From NCBI GenBank assembly GCA_028534125.1, contig CM052816.1, positions 98,706,001 through 98,770,000 of the forward strand: a stretch of 64,000 nt of DNA, in the 5' to 3' direction. The stretch's first letter is position 1. The number at the start of each line of letters is the position of its first letter. This DNA is from Lama glama (taxonomy: Eukaryota). A program made the position numbers and the translations under genes. Positions 51,228 to 64,000 of the stretch are shown in pieces. The notes under the pieces are model-generated. The model ran no database searches, had not been told where the DNA came from, and saw nothing but the letters and a program-made list of their open reading frames with translations.

Positions 51228-52532
51228 GCATCACACACAAAATAAAACTCTCAATGGCTTAAAGACTTAAGCAGAAGAAAAGACAAGACACGATAAACCT
51301 CCTAGAGGAGAGCAGGCAGAACACCACGTGACACCCATCTCAGCAATGTTCTCCCAGGGCAGGCTGTCCAGGTGATGGGAATAAAGGGAAAAGTAACAAA
51401 TGGCACCTAATTAAGCTCACAAGCTTTTGCACAGCAAAGGAGACCATAAACAAAACAGGCAAAGGAAAGGAATGGGAGAAAATATTTGCAAAAGATGAGA
51501 CTGACAAGGACTTAATTTTCAGAATATATAAACAGCTCATACAACTTAATAACAAAAAACAAACAACCCAATCCAAAAATGGAAGAAGACCTAAACAAGC
51601 AGTTCTCCAATGAAGACATACAAATGGCCAATAAGAACATGAAAAAATGCTTAATATTGCTAATTATCAGAGAAATGCAAATCAGAACTCCAATGAGGTA
51701 TCACCTCACGCTGGTCAGAATGGCCAACATTCAAAAGTCCATAAACAATAAATGCTGGAGAGGGTGCTGAGAAAAGGGAACCCTCCTGCACTGCTGGTGG
51801 GAATGTAGTTTGGTGCAGTCATTATGGAAGACAGCATGGAGATTCCTCAAAAAACTGAAAACAGACTTACCATAAGATCCAGCAATCCCTCTCCTGGGTA
51901 CACATCTGGAGGGAACTCTAACTGAAAAAGACACCTGCACCCCAATGTTTATAGCAGCACTATTTACAACAGCCAAGACATGGAAATAACCTAAATGTCC
52001 ATCGACAGATGACTGGATAAAGAAATTGTGGTGTATACATACCACAGCCTACTCAGCCATAAAGAAGGATAAAATAATGTCATTTGCAGCAACCTGGATG
52101 GACATGGAGATCATCATTCTAAGTGAAGTGAGCCAGAAAGAGAAAGAAAAATACCAGATGAGATCACTCATATGTGGAATCTAAAAAAACAAAAAGACAC
52201 AAATGAACTCATTGACAAAACAGAAACAGACTTACAGACGTAGGAAACAAACCTGTGGTCACCAGGAGGGGAAGAGGGTGGAAGGGATGCATTGGGAGTC
52301 TGAGATTTGCAGCTTCTAACTACTATACATAAAATAGATGAACAACACAGGGAGGCGCTGTAGAGCACAGGGAGCTGCATTCAATACCTTGTAGTGACCT
52401 GTAACGGAAATGAATATGAAAACCAATATATGTATGTTCACGTATGACTGAAGCATCATGCTGTACACCAGAAATTGACTCAACATTGTAAGCTGACTAC
52501 ACTTCAATAAAAAAATAATAAAATTAAAAAAA
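51228..52532 (+). mobile_element. 5'-truncated L1 with imperfect TSD
   Basis: ORF2 C-terminal peptides ([20 protein letters not shown]), 3' UTR and A-tail; flanks aagaaaggctgcga (51214-51227) and aagaatggctgtga (52533-52546). Confidence 0.9.
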
Positions 52533-52589
52533 AAGAATGGCTGTGAAAAGAGATGTACAGACACACCAGAAGAGGGGTGAGCGCTGATA

Positions 52590-52935
52590 GACCACATGGG
52601 AAGCCAAGGTGAGAGGGCTGGTGGCGGAGCGGCAAGAAGGGGTCCAGTAACCAAGGAACTGGGACAAAGAGGACAGAGCACTTGCAGGGCCTGGCCCTGG
52701 AGGACCCTGGGGGCCATGTAAGGGGATTTGGGTTCCAAGCCTGTGACAATGAGAGGCAGTCAAGGCTTGATGAAGAGGACAGTCTACGCTGGGTCTGTAT
52801 TTTAGAGGGATCCCAGCCACTGCAGAATGGATGAGAGATACAGGGAGCTGGGCTGGTGGAGGAAAGCCAACCAGAGCTGCGGGGGTTGCCAGGGTGAGAT
52901 GCTGGTGTCCTGACTATGGCCGCGGAGGTGGGCTT
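52590..52935 (-). mobile_element. L2 relic
   Basis: ggccatgtaaggggatttggg...tattttagagggatc...ccagggtgagatgctggtgtcctgacta is typical reverse L2. Confidence 0.55.
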
Positions 52936-53269
52936 GTCTCGTGAGAGGTAGCCATTCTTTCTGTCCACGGAACCTATGGTTCAGAATTTGACATTTCATC
53001 AGTGCCTTTGTGGATCTCCCAGGTCTAAGCACAGGCTATACACCCCACACCCGCTGAAGAACTGACAGTGAGCATCACCGTCCTCACTTTGTGGATATAG
53101 AGGTACGTTAGTAGCTAAATATAGTAATATCCCTGAAACTTCCCAGTGGGGTCGCCATACCACCTACGTTTAAGAGGATTTACTCTTGCCTGTGGTGTGG
53201 ATACAGAATTTCACAGGATTATAACCACGTCCAAGTGCTTGGCGAAGCCCTGCTCAAGTCCACGGTCCT

Positions 53270-53440
53270 GGCATGAAGACCCCTGGGTCTGACCCAGCGT
53301 GAGGTGGCTCCACCCGCCTCAGCCGTGTGCCCGTCGGGAAATCACTGAATGTCTGTGTCCATTTTCTCATCTGCAAAGTCGAGATGACCAGTCTCTGCCC
53401 CACGTGGAGTGGGAGGACCGGATGGGTTAGCACAGTCGGG
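53270..53440 (+). mobile_element. MIR SINE
   Basis: aaatcactgaatgtctgtgtccattttctcatctgcaaa core. Confidence 0.55.
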
Positions 53441-54803
53441 GCTGCTGAAGGGTCAGCCATGGTTCCCATGACGCACCCCTGCATCTCCTCCTCTCCTTCT
53501 CTTCTCCCTCTGCTCCTGAGCCCTCACCTGGGGAGGCGGGCGCATTCACATCCGGTCCACCTGGCGCGACAAATACAGCCCTTCAGTCTGTCGACGCAAC
53601 ATACAACGAGGGAAAGCCATGCCTCCTCACTGCATTCGTGTTACTTTATACATACTTTTTGAAAACCACTGAGAAGCTGATAAGGATGTGACTAGCAAGT
53701 TTGAGTTTTGAAAAAACGAAAGAAAATCACAAAGACATGCCCATTAATTTTGTTGTATCACTTCTAAGTGGTTTTCTGATTGTGGATGAAAATCATGTGA
53801 CAGAGGGATCATGCTGTTGAAAAACTGCAGTTTTAGGATATTCACGCTTTAGATAATTATTGGGAAATTTTAGAATTGGGTTCTAAAAATGGTGATGGGG
53901 GAAGGATGAAGAAATATGGGAAACATGCCCCCAAGGAAAGGTAATGGAATACATTTATTCATATCCAATGAAAGGAAAAATGGATACCCTCTTAATTATA
54001 CTAAGCTAAACCAGAGGTACGGGAGAGGCCCTGGGCAGGTGTGCCTCCTCTGTTCGGTTGTTCCTCACCTGAGACCAGAACAAAACCAACCGGTCATTGG
54101 TGAAGGAACACGGCGGTCAGGTTCTACACAGAGAAGGTTTGTAAAAGAAACTGCTGGCATCCCCTTCTTAAAAAGCCTGTCTTTCAAAAGGAAAAGGTAA
54201 TTAGGCACTCGGAGAACCCCCGAGAGACGCTGCAGAAGCCTACTGCGTGGAGAAACGAGGAGAGCCTGGCGCTCCTTGAACTGCTTTCAGGCAACACCTT
54301 ATCAAGGAGCGTTCCCGAAGGAGAAGGGGTTCTTCTCCCACTACATGCAGAGAGAACGATGTCACGCCACCCACAATGTTCAGACGTTTTCATAGCTGCC
54401 TAGGAAATTATATGATTTTGGCCAAAACCAGCTGTGTGAATATGAGCTTGCATGTTGCACAGATTTGTGGATTCTGCCTCTAATTGACTTCTTGACTTAG
54501 AGCAACATTCCTGTCCTGAAGACAGGCCTTTCTCCTAATTGAGAAAGGATAATAAAACATGTTACCCAAATCACTGAGAAAACAAGTGTACTCCTAAACA
54601 CATCATCGGACTCGTTCTGAAAGACACCTGCCCACTAACGGTCAGCGGACGGTACACCTAAACTAGGGTCAGGTTTTCCCAGCCGTTGGAATCTGCGGCT
54701 GCAATAACATTAACACTTACTTTGCCCCCAGGAAGAGCAGCAGACAGTGGAGACATTTCCTGTTAGGACACCCGTTTTGCCGGACAGAGGCTTTCATCCA
54801 GCC

Positions 54804-55005
54804 CAGGAGCTGGCAAACATTTTACTCAAGGGCCAGAGCGTATGCAGTTTTGGCTGCTGGCCAGGCAATTGCAACTACTCGAGCTCGCTGTGGCCGGGAC
54901 GAGGCAAGCGGCGGCAGCGTGGACACAAATGGGCAGGTGGGTCCAGTAATACCTCATTTACAGAATCGGGAGGCGGGCTGCCTGTGCCCCTGTGTGCCAG
55001 CCCTG
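54804..55005. mobile_element. MER58A-like hAT-Charlie MITE
   Basis: caggagctggcaaacatttt...aagggccaga...gcaactactcgagctc...tttacagaatcgggaggcgggc. Confidence 0.65.
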
Positions 55006-55534
55006 GACTTAAACCAGCTCCACTCAGGGGGAAGAGGACTGAACACATCTGCAGAAACCAGGAAGCGCAGGGTATTTCCAGGATGGCCGGGATGGCTTTA
55101 GAAGGTGGGGGCATCGGAGCTGCGGGCCTATCTCGAGTGTGGCCAGAGATGATTCCTGGTGGGGGGGGGCAGGCTACCTCGCTGTGGGAAACAGATGTGA
55201 ACAACAAAACAACAGCAGCAAAAGCGACCAGCCCCACAGGTGAAATCTTGAAGTTCTAGCAAAATAGTCACAAATTTTAAAGAGACACTGAGGCCCAAAG
55301 CAGATGGCTTTAAATATGGCAAGAATTGGGAAGGGGCTCAGCAACCCCTCACAGAGCTCAGTGAAGGGACAGCCAGTTCTAAGCTCTGGGGAGCACAGCC
55401 CAGTGAGCTGGGCACCATTCCTTACTCCATTTCGTCGAGGATGAGAGTGAAACACAGGAAGGTCTTACAAGCCGTGTGGGCTGGGCTTTGAGCCCAGAGT
55501 CCAGTTTCAGAGCCTGGGAGCCTCCTGGGTCTCT

Positions 55535-55760
55535 TTCCACGCACACCCAGTGCCTGCTCTGTTCCCTGCACTGTTCCGCGTGCGTGTTAAGCCACTCACA
55601 CACAAATCCGTTCAGCGACCCCAGGGGAGGTGCCGTCAGAATTCTCATTTTACAGATGAGGAAACCGAGGCCCAGAGATGGTGAAAGCGTTTGATGCTGC
55701 TTTCAGGTTCTAGATGATCAAGGTCACACAGCTGGGAAGCAGAGGGGCAGGGAGACCACG
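55535..55760 (-). mobile_element. MIR SINE
   Basis: cattttacagatgaggaaaccgaggcccagaga...caaggtcacacagct. Confidence 0.75.
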
Positions 55761-55809
55761 CAGAGAGCTGTGTCTTATGGCCTAGCCCGCCGTAGCCCTG
55801 CTCAGTGAA

Positions 55810-55909
55810 NNNNNNNNNNNNNNNNNNNNNNNNNNNNNNNNNNNNNNNNNNNNNNNNNNNNNNNNNNNNNNNNNNNNNNNNNNNNNNNNNNNNNNNNNNN
55901 NNNNNNNNN
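55810..55909. other. Assembly gap (100 N)
   Basis: Run of N. Confidence 1.
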
Positions 55910-58299
55910 GCCAGCTTCCTGCTCTAACACAGGAGGTGAGCCCTCCCCACTGTGGCTTCGGCCTTTTATGAGAAGGATTTTAAAATGATGCCATCACTCC
56001 GCCTACAGTTTCAGGCTTTTCTGGTATCTGTGCTCTTGGGTTTCTTGGACGTTCACTCCTAGATAAATGCTTTGAAATGATCTTCTCCAGACACACGAGT
56101 CAATTTTCTAAGAATGCTTTCCAGGTGGCCTCATCCAGCACATCTGGACGGTGTGAGCCCGAGCACAGCCACTCAGTTCCCAAGGCTCATGCCCGGGACC
56201 GGGGTGGGGGGCCCCGAGGGTCAGTCAGGGCCATCCACCAACGGTCTATGTACCCGTGTTATCAAGAATGGCCATGCATCCACTGGGTTTTATAAGAGAA
56301 ACCAAGGAAGCAGATCGAATCTATCTTGTACACAGGGCAAATCTGTCAGCACACCGACTCCATGGACGAAACCCACGTCAGCATCCCGCCCAGAGTTTCA
56401 GTCACATTCTCTGCTGGAAGGTTAGAGGGACACCAGGGCCACAGGCTCACACAACCCAAGTCCACGAGGTGGCCACAGAGCCTTCTGAGCGGCTAGCATG
56501 CTAGAACTAAACAAAACCGGTACCCTCAGGTCCTTGCTTTTTTTTTTAATTTATGACAGCAGTGATGCTGACTGAATGACGTAGCCAGAGGTGTGAGCCT
56601 GCGCGGGGCTCTGGGTGAAGAATTTAGAAGCAAAGGGCAGAAATGACAGCAGACACATGAATGTTCACTGTAGTTTCCACAAAATGATGGCAAGATGTGA
56701 CTTTTTACGACAATTTCAAAGAACTTCTAAGTTTCATCTTTTAAGCTGTCAAACAGCTTCCAAACTGCGTGAAGGCACCTCATGCTGCAATGATTTTTCT
56801 AACCGCGGGAGGCCATTAGGCCGGGAGCCTGCCAGGAGTGTCCGCTTCACATCTGACGCTGAGTCCTCTTTCTCCACAAGGCTGGAACCCTTCCACTCTC
56901 TGCAGGGAGGACTTCTCACCGTCGCACTTTGAGGAGATTAATCGGATCCAGGAAATGAACACACAGAGTATGTAGAACAATATTTACGTAACCTCCCGGC
57001 TCTGGTCCCTGTGAAACAACCATCTTCAGTTGCCTTCATTCTTCTTCAAGACGCTGCAGATTAGTTATTTCTTGTTTTCTTACTAGGTCTTAGGTACTTG
57101 TTGGTTGAATTTTTTCCCATCGGGTGGGTCTTACACATTAGTAAATACTGAAAGGTTGTAACACTTACAAGAATATTTAGTTAAATAATATTGGTAGTTA
57201 TTTGATGACTGAAATAAATAATCATTATCTAACAAAATACTGTTTTAGTCCTTGGAATCAACTTCCTAATCTAAAGCTTCAGATATCACATCACAAAATT
57301 TATCAGATGAATCGTGTGGTAAATGTTATATTCATCCACCGCCCTTAAAAACATGGATGAGAGAAGACTAAGAGGAGATGAAGAGGCACGCGCTACCCTA
57401 GCATCTCATTAATGCTATTTCCTGCACTACAATCAATATAATTTAGTAACTTATGCTAAAAAAGAGCCTTATAATTAGGCTAAAATAACCTAATAATTCA
57501 ATGGTATTTATATTTTCTATCTAGACATAAGAGAATACTCTAGTGATATTTAAATAGTTTCACAAATGCTCAATATTCTTATAATGAATTGAGGCAGAGA
57601 GAAGCCCCACATGTAAAGACTTCATTCTCTAACTCAGCTGGTTTAAATGACTCAAATTGGGATGGCAGCCAACCAGTATAGCATTTATGATAATTTATTC
57701 CAATATATCATATGCAGAACGTGGAAACGATATCTGGGTAGTTTAGACAGTACGATGATGTCTTTCTTTAACTGCCCACATGATGTAAGGTCTACAGATA
57801 CACAAGTGGCCATTAGAGAATTGGACAAGCATTCACAGACACGGGATAGAAGTCTGTGAGAAATTCGCTTCTCTGAACTCAAGAAAAGGGCCTCCTGAGG
57901 AAGAACCAGTAAAGACATCTGAAAATGCTATGGCCAGTGGAGGGCTGAATACAGAGTCCTGTGTATGGCTCACTGTGTGTCACAGTCTAACAGACATGCA
58001 AGGACGTTGAACAGGCTGTGCAAATTTTCATTGTTCTATAGAAACGAAGACATATTCCAAGTCCTCAACAATCTATAGTCAGATGATCTAGACTGATGAA
58101 TCCAATGCCAAAAGTCCTCTAGTCTGCTGAGTTTCAATAATTACTAATCACCTTATTTTGCCCAATAGGGTTTTTTTTAATAGCTTGCTTTGTGAAGTTG
58201 ATAAATCGAAAATGAATGGCTAAAGCATACTATCTTAAATAGTGTAGGTAATTAAAGCAGATTTAGAGATATATGTATGTTTCCTAAATAACCAGAGTA

Positions 58300-60560
58300 G
58301 TAAAAAAGAGATGGCCATAAATCAAAAGTTAGAAAAGTGACAGTAGGGAAACATTAAATAACTGAAAATTAGAAGGAAGCTTAGATGAAATAATTACTAC
58401 AAGACTTATCTATTGAAAAACAGCACACAAATAAAATCACAGAATAATCTTATCAAATGTGTGAAAAATCATAAAGAAATGCTATAAAATTAAAGCTACC
58501 AATGCGGTAAAAAAAATACACAGTGGTCACATGGGGTTCATGATAGGAATGCAAGGATGGTGCAATTAACCACACATTCCAGGTCTCATTCATCTCAGGC
58601 TAGAGAATGAGATGTGCTTTTTCCTTTTCTTCACAAATTTAATGTCACAAGTGTTCACTTGTTTGAATTATGGAAATGCATCTTAGTTCAAGTGTCCTCC
58701 AGTGACTTGGGGGCTGACAGAATGAGTGTTCCACAAACACTCAGAACATCAGTCAACACTCAGTATGTGGACCCTTGGCTCCCGTGAGGTTCCATCTTTT
58801 GCATGATGAACACAGACCTGTGTGTAGAGCGAAGGCCAATGCTCTTGGTCAGACCCTGAGGTGACAGTGGGCTTCCTCAGAGAAAGCGGGTAGGATGCAC
58901 ACTTCTACCCTGTGCTATGTGAAGAACCTCCCAAACTTCTTAGAACAGATTTGTCAACTTCTTTTCTTAAAATCTCTCCACTTTTGCCATAAAACTGTTG
59001 TATCAGGAGGAAACATATTAGCTAAAATTCAGTAACACCTGAGAAAACAGAAACAAGTGGAGCTTTCACAAGATAAACAGAAATGCAAGGGGCAACTCCT
59101 ATCAAGTACAGAGCCGGCGCTTACTTGTAAAAAGACATACTCAGTGTCTTGTAATGATCGCAAATGGAAAAGAATCTGAAGAGAATATATATATTCTATT
59201 ATATATATTCCAAATATATATATAAGTGAGTCACTTTGCTGTATACCGGAAATGAACACAAAATTGTAAATCAGCTATACTTCAGTAAAAATATAATGCA
59301 TAAAGATTTCACTCATAATATTAATAAAATTATGAAGCATTCAGGGAAAATATAAATACATTCACTTATGGAGATACATCTGTGAATTGTTCTTGAAGAA
59401 TCCAATGACCAAATGGAGGAATGAAGAAGAAAAAAATTGCTTTCTGGTTGGCAGCTTCCATATTTTCAAGATATCAATTTTGTCTAAATTAATCTAATAA
59501 TGCAGTGTAATCCCAGTTGAAATTTCAAAAGCATTCTTTTTTATTCTTTAACTTGACAACATGAATATAAAATGCATCTGGAAAAAGCATTCAAGAAGAG
59601 CCAGAAAAATTTTAGGAAAGACAAGTCATTCATAAAATGCTACAGCCATCAAACAGTGAGATTCTGGCTGAAAGAATAAACCATCCACAAAAGAGAGGCT
59701 TGCAGACACAGTAAACAGTTTTATGGTTGCCAGGGAAAAGGATGGGAAGCGATAAATCTGGGAGTATGAGATTTGCAAATGCTAACCACTGTATATAAAA
59801 ATAGATAAAAAACAAATTTCTTCTGTATATCATGGGGAACTATATTCAATATCTTGTAATGGCTTTTAATGAAAAAGAATATGAAAATGAATACATGTAT
59901 ATGTGTATGTATATATATACACACACACACACACATATGCATGACTGAGACGTTGTGCTCTACACCAGAAATTGACACACTGTAACTGACTATGCTCCAA
60001 TACAAAATTTAAAAAATTAAAAAAAAGAATAAACCAGTGAAACAGGGAAAAGCATGAGGGCCAGTCAAACAATTATACATATGGGTATATGTCATATTCA
60101 TGTCACTGGTACCTAGACTTCCATCCACATCAATTATTTATCACATCTGTGATGAAGGCTGACCTTCCAAATCAGTGGGAGGAAGATGAATTTTTCAATA
60201 AATGGTGCTGGGACAGACTGCTGGGCACTGAAGAAAAACTGCAGTTGTGCAGTTGCTTTTATTTCATTCTTTACATTAAAATCAATCTCATTTTGATCAA
60301 AAGTCAAATATTTAAAGTAGCCAAAATGTCTGAAGAGAATATTTCACAACATTAGAGGATAAAAAGCTTTCTAAGTAAGTTATGTGAAAAAGATTTTACT
60401 ACAAAATATAAACTTCTGTGCATACTAACTTTAAAAATATTATGTAACAGTTATAAGCAGTGTGTCTAAGATCCTAAGACAAATTTCCATGAATGATTAT
60501 CCAGAGTGAGGGCTATGTGTTGAACAATCAAATAATTTATCATCCCAAACCACAGGATGC
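58300..60560 (+). mobile_element. Fragmented ancient L1M ORF2 with nested younger insertions
   Basis: ggaatgcaaggatgg (~58550), aagatatcaattttgtctaaattaatcta (~59470) and tttcaataaatggtgctggga (~60195) occur in L1 order; a short younger L1 tail lies at ~59140-59295. Confidence 0.6.
59684..60023 (+). mobile_element. Short young L1 3' end with perfect 13-bp TSD
   Basis: aaagaataaacca at 59671-59683 and 60024-60036; ends ctacaccagaaattgacac... followed by an A-tail. Confidence 0.88.
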
Positions 60561-60974
60561 TTTTTGAGGGTAAAAGAGTACTGTTATTTCTTGTGGGACA
60601 AGAGAAACTGGATGAAGTGGATAAACCGGACCACTTCTGGGCACACTGTGGGAGTCCCATTTTCTATGTTACACACACACACACACACACAAACCAATGC
60701 AGCGAAGGGAAGGAGTTGTGAAATATAATTTCCCATTGATTCACTCACACAGCACTTACACAACTGTCTGGCTGTCTTAAGCATCCCCTTGAGAACTTTC
60801 TTGCTGTACCCCCTCCGATGCCCACCTGCCCCAGTCTCCACATCTGCACCCTGGGGAGCGTGATGGTGTCCACTCACAGGGGCTACCGTGACACCTGAAG
60901 GAGTGACTCCCTCATTTCGTCTTGCATTCAATTAATGCCAGATAGTATGATTTTATCATTATCATCATCACCAT

Positions 60975-61112
60975 CACTGGGGGGAATCCAGGTTTTGTGA
61001 AGCCTGAAGCTTCTGTAATTTAGGAAAACCCCTGTAAGAAAAGTGACATCAGAACTGGAAACTTGAAATGAGGGGAGTCTTAAGGCTTCACTGGCTCCAC
61101 GTAAGCCCCTAA
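60975..61112. mobile_element. MER69/Arthur1-like hAT-Tip100 MITE
   Basis: aatccaggttttgtgaagcctgaagctt...gaggggagtcttaaggcttcact. Confidence 0.55.
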
Positions 61113-61264
61113 TCACTGCCGTCCCCGCACTGACATCGCACCTGGATGCTCTGGGTGTTTCTGCTTCTCTTTCCAAAGTAACCAGTGGTGACCATCACTG
61201 GCTGCACGAGAAGTACTAGATGATCATCGTCCACCATGAGTCAATTCCTCATGGAGAGAGAGGG

Positions 61265-61379
61265 TGTGGTGACCCGTCGCTCTGGCTGGCTTGGACTTGA
61301 GGGAGTTCCCTAGACGTGAGAGTTTTAGTTTTAAAACCAGGACAGTCCTGGGTTATTTAGAATGAGTTGATCACTCTAG
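61265..61379. mobile_element. MER94-like hAT-Blackjack MITE
   Basis: ggtgacc...taaaaccaggacagtcctggg...gagttgatcactct. Confidence 0.55.
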
Positions 61380-62149
61380 GAAGTAACTTCCTTCCTTTTC
61401 TTTTCAGTACAAAATACAGTTAACCACAGACTTGTGTAAAAATTTCTAATAATTTTTCTCCATATTTCAATTGCCTCGCTTCAGTTTACTTCTGCTAACT
61501 GCGCAGTGTGCACGTTCAGTATCTTATGACTCCTTAGTTGTGACTTAAGCAACAGTAAGAGACACCCTTAGTGAAACATGGTGGTCTGAGTGTGTGTGTT
61601 TATCTCGGTTGCCTCCCACAGTTCTAAAGGAAGCCAAGGAAGAGGATTCCCACTGGAGAGACGGACTCTAGAGAACTGGGGGAGGTGTCGGAATGGGAAG
61701 CTCGGAGACCCCCAGCCCCAGCCACCTTCCCTGCTGCACTGGGCACACATGCTGGCCCACCCCCTAACACACGCACATCTGACGGCAGCGCCCTTCTTTG
61801 GAGAAAGAGATAATCCTGGGAGAAAATTTGGGGAGGTGGCAGAGCGGGTGAAGAATCCTGTCTCAGCCCAGAGGATGTCTAATGCACATGCTGAGGCCCC
61901 AGTCTCAGTTCGCCTGGACAGAGAAGGCTCCTGGGTGTGGAGGAGGCCAGCTGCATGAGAGACAAGGAGCAACACCCACCGTCCAGCTAAGAGAGGAGAG
62001 GAGCGTGGAGGGAAGAGAATCGTGGGTAAGAGGAGGGAGAGAAACAAAGAGAAGGAGAAGCAAGATAGAAATAAAGGAAGAGCAACAATAGGATTTTCCA
62101 AAAAGAACAGAGAGGAGCAGGATGTCTTAAAAGAGAGGGGGAAAGATCA

Positions 62150-62660
62150 AAGACCAAAAAAGAAAAAAAAAGTATTTGTCAGATATTAGAAAATGAAGAC
62201 AGCAGAAAACCTGGAAGATAAAATGTAAAAAATCTCCTGGAACAAAAAGATGAAGAGATGGACATTTGAAAAGAAAACATAGGAGCATTGAAACATGAGC
62301 CTGAGGTACTGAGATTTCAGAAGGCAAAGTCATAAAGAATGAAAGGGGAAGTTATTAAAATACTCTTTTTCCCTAAATTGAAAGGGCCCTCGATGGACTC
62401 AGCAAACAATGAAGATATGACGACATTAAAGCAGATTAGAAACTCAGGAATAAATAAAAGACCCTCCAGCTCCCAGCAAGGGAGAGGTGAAAAAACCAAA
62501 CCGAACCAAACCACCAGCAGCAGAAAACCAGATCCCAAGAAAAGGACTGGAGCCGGATTAGCAGCAGACAGCACAGCGGCCGCAACACGAGGCAGACCAT
62601 GATGTCACGCTCACCAAGCTCCGAGGGACAGTGACTCCCACCCCTGCATCCTGTTCTCAG
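62150..62660 (+). mobile_element. Degenerate HAL1/L1 ORF1-like relic
   Basis: A-rich ctggaagataaaatgtaaaaaatctcc...aaattgaaagggcc pattern; weak match. Confidence 0.4.
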
Positions 62661-62929
62661 ACTCGCCGGCATCCCTGAGGCCTCAGACGGCTCAGCTCCC
62701 CCGACACTTCCTCAGACAGCGGAAGAGGCTGCTCCCCGGGACAGCGGGGTCCGCCGAGACAGACCCGGCCAGGCCCCGGGGACCCCGGGTTTCCCACATC
62801 CTAGAGAACGGAGTCCTGGGATGACCTGCCCAGGTCGGAGCAGGGACGGTGGCACCGGGATGAGGTCCCCAGGAGAAAGGAACCAAAGTCTCTGGTGTAT
62901 TTAACGGTGTGCAAAGCACCATGACAGGC

Positions 62930-63250
62930 GTGTGACACCTCCCCTCCTCTACCTCCTGTCCAGCCCCCACCCGCTCAGTGAAGCCTGCCAGACACCCTAC
63001 ACCCCTGCCCCCACGGCTCCGACCGCCTCTGCCTTGTTCTTTTTTCTTCCTTTTTATCCGTGGCTCTTATCATCTTCTAAATAAACTCTAAAGAGTTTAA
63101 AACATACCCTCTGTTTAACTGTAGACTGCGTCTCTCCCCATGCAACTCAAGACACGGACTTCTGTCTGTCTGCCGTTAATGCGTCCCAAGTGCCTGGAGC
63201 AGAGCCGGCTCTCAGCTTCCGGTGGTTGAATAATAAATCCATGAACATGA
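62930..63250 (+). mobile_element. L2 3' end
   Basis: gtcccaagtgcctggagcagagccggc...gttgaataataaatccatgaa tail. Confidence 0.5.
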
Positions 63251-64000
63251 ATCTTGTAGGGGTTTAAGTTAAAAAAAAAAAAAACCTAAATAGGCAAGGC
63301 AATTCAGGCAATAGTTACCTTTTAGAAAAATGAAATGTTATATACAAAAAGGACCAGAATCAGGGAATTTTACTCAGCCAGCAAAGAATAATCAAAAATG
63401 ACGTAAATGAGGAATACTAAAGGGATGTCATCTTACTGGAAGGATGGAGGCAAAGGAAGTTGGCACTAGGAGAGAGCTTAGTGACGGGAGAGCCGTACAA
63501 AGTGAGGCAGAACAGCCGCAGCCTCCCCTGTGATGGATAAAAGGATGATCTCCAAAACCAACGAGCAGGAAAATGGTAATTACACATACGACTTAGAAAC
63601 ACTGCAACAGGTTCCAGAAGAGAGAACCAGAGTAACTGAATTGGTTACCCCGGTCGCTGGGACCGCGGTGGGCTGGGGGCGGGGCAGGGAGTGTGACTTC
63701 TCCCTGAGCTTAAAGCTCAATACGGCTTTTTAAACCATCTGCATGTAGTTACTCAATAGAATAAAATCGATTAAAATAATAGATGTAAGAAGCAAAAACC
63801 TAGGTTTAATTTAAATGTTGATTTTGAGGATTTAAGTGAATTCTTCTCTCAGTCCTCTTTTTTATTAATATATGTAATAAATGCATCAAAACAATCAAAA
63901 ATCCATTAGTGGTGGAATTTTTTTTTGACATAGAAGTAAAATAAGACTGTGATAACGTGGCAGCTGGAGGCAGAAGAGGGTAGTTGTGTGGATTCTTGCC

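Larger units (their letters stand above)
46740..64000 (-). other. ADAMTS16: Large upstream intron of ADAMTS16 (preceding exon not found in window)
   Basis: I found no sequence encoding the expected preceding TSR exon (ending ...CPP); the region is repeat-rich. A 500-N gap is unexamined. Confidence 0.7.

Overview
Mammalian genomic DNA, GC-rich, with three assembly gaps. The L1 3' ends look cetartiodactyl and I see no ruminant, whale or pig SINEs, so a camelid is likely (inference). The only protein-coding gene I can support is the 3' end of ADAMTS16 on the minus strand. It has five coding exons (46538-46739, 46210-46404, 45191-45415, 41983-42130, 41149-41264) encoding C-terminal thrombospondin type-1 repeats (TSRs) and the PLAC domain, all with canonical GT-AG junctions and consistent phases. 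A ~1 kb 3' UTR ends near AATAAA at 40145-40150. Bases 46740-64000 are most likely one long intron. Bases 1-40100 are downstream intergenic DNA rich in L1, L2, MIR, MaLR/ERV LTRs and hAT relics. Nearly all ORFs in the supplied track are spurious. I see no new multi-gene system. The most unusual signal is a 4 x 19-bp minisatellite built from an ADAMTS16 exon/intron junction, which creates four tandem splice donors. The outermost donor is in frame and would rebuild a WxxWSQC TSR start. Repeat family names are recognised from memory of consensus sequences, and their boundaries are approximate.
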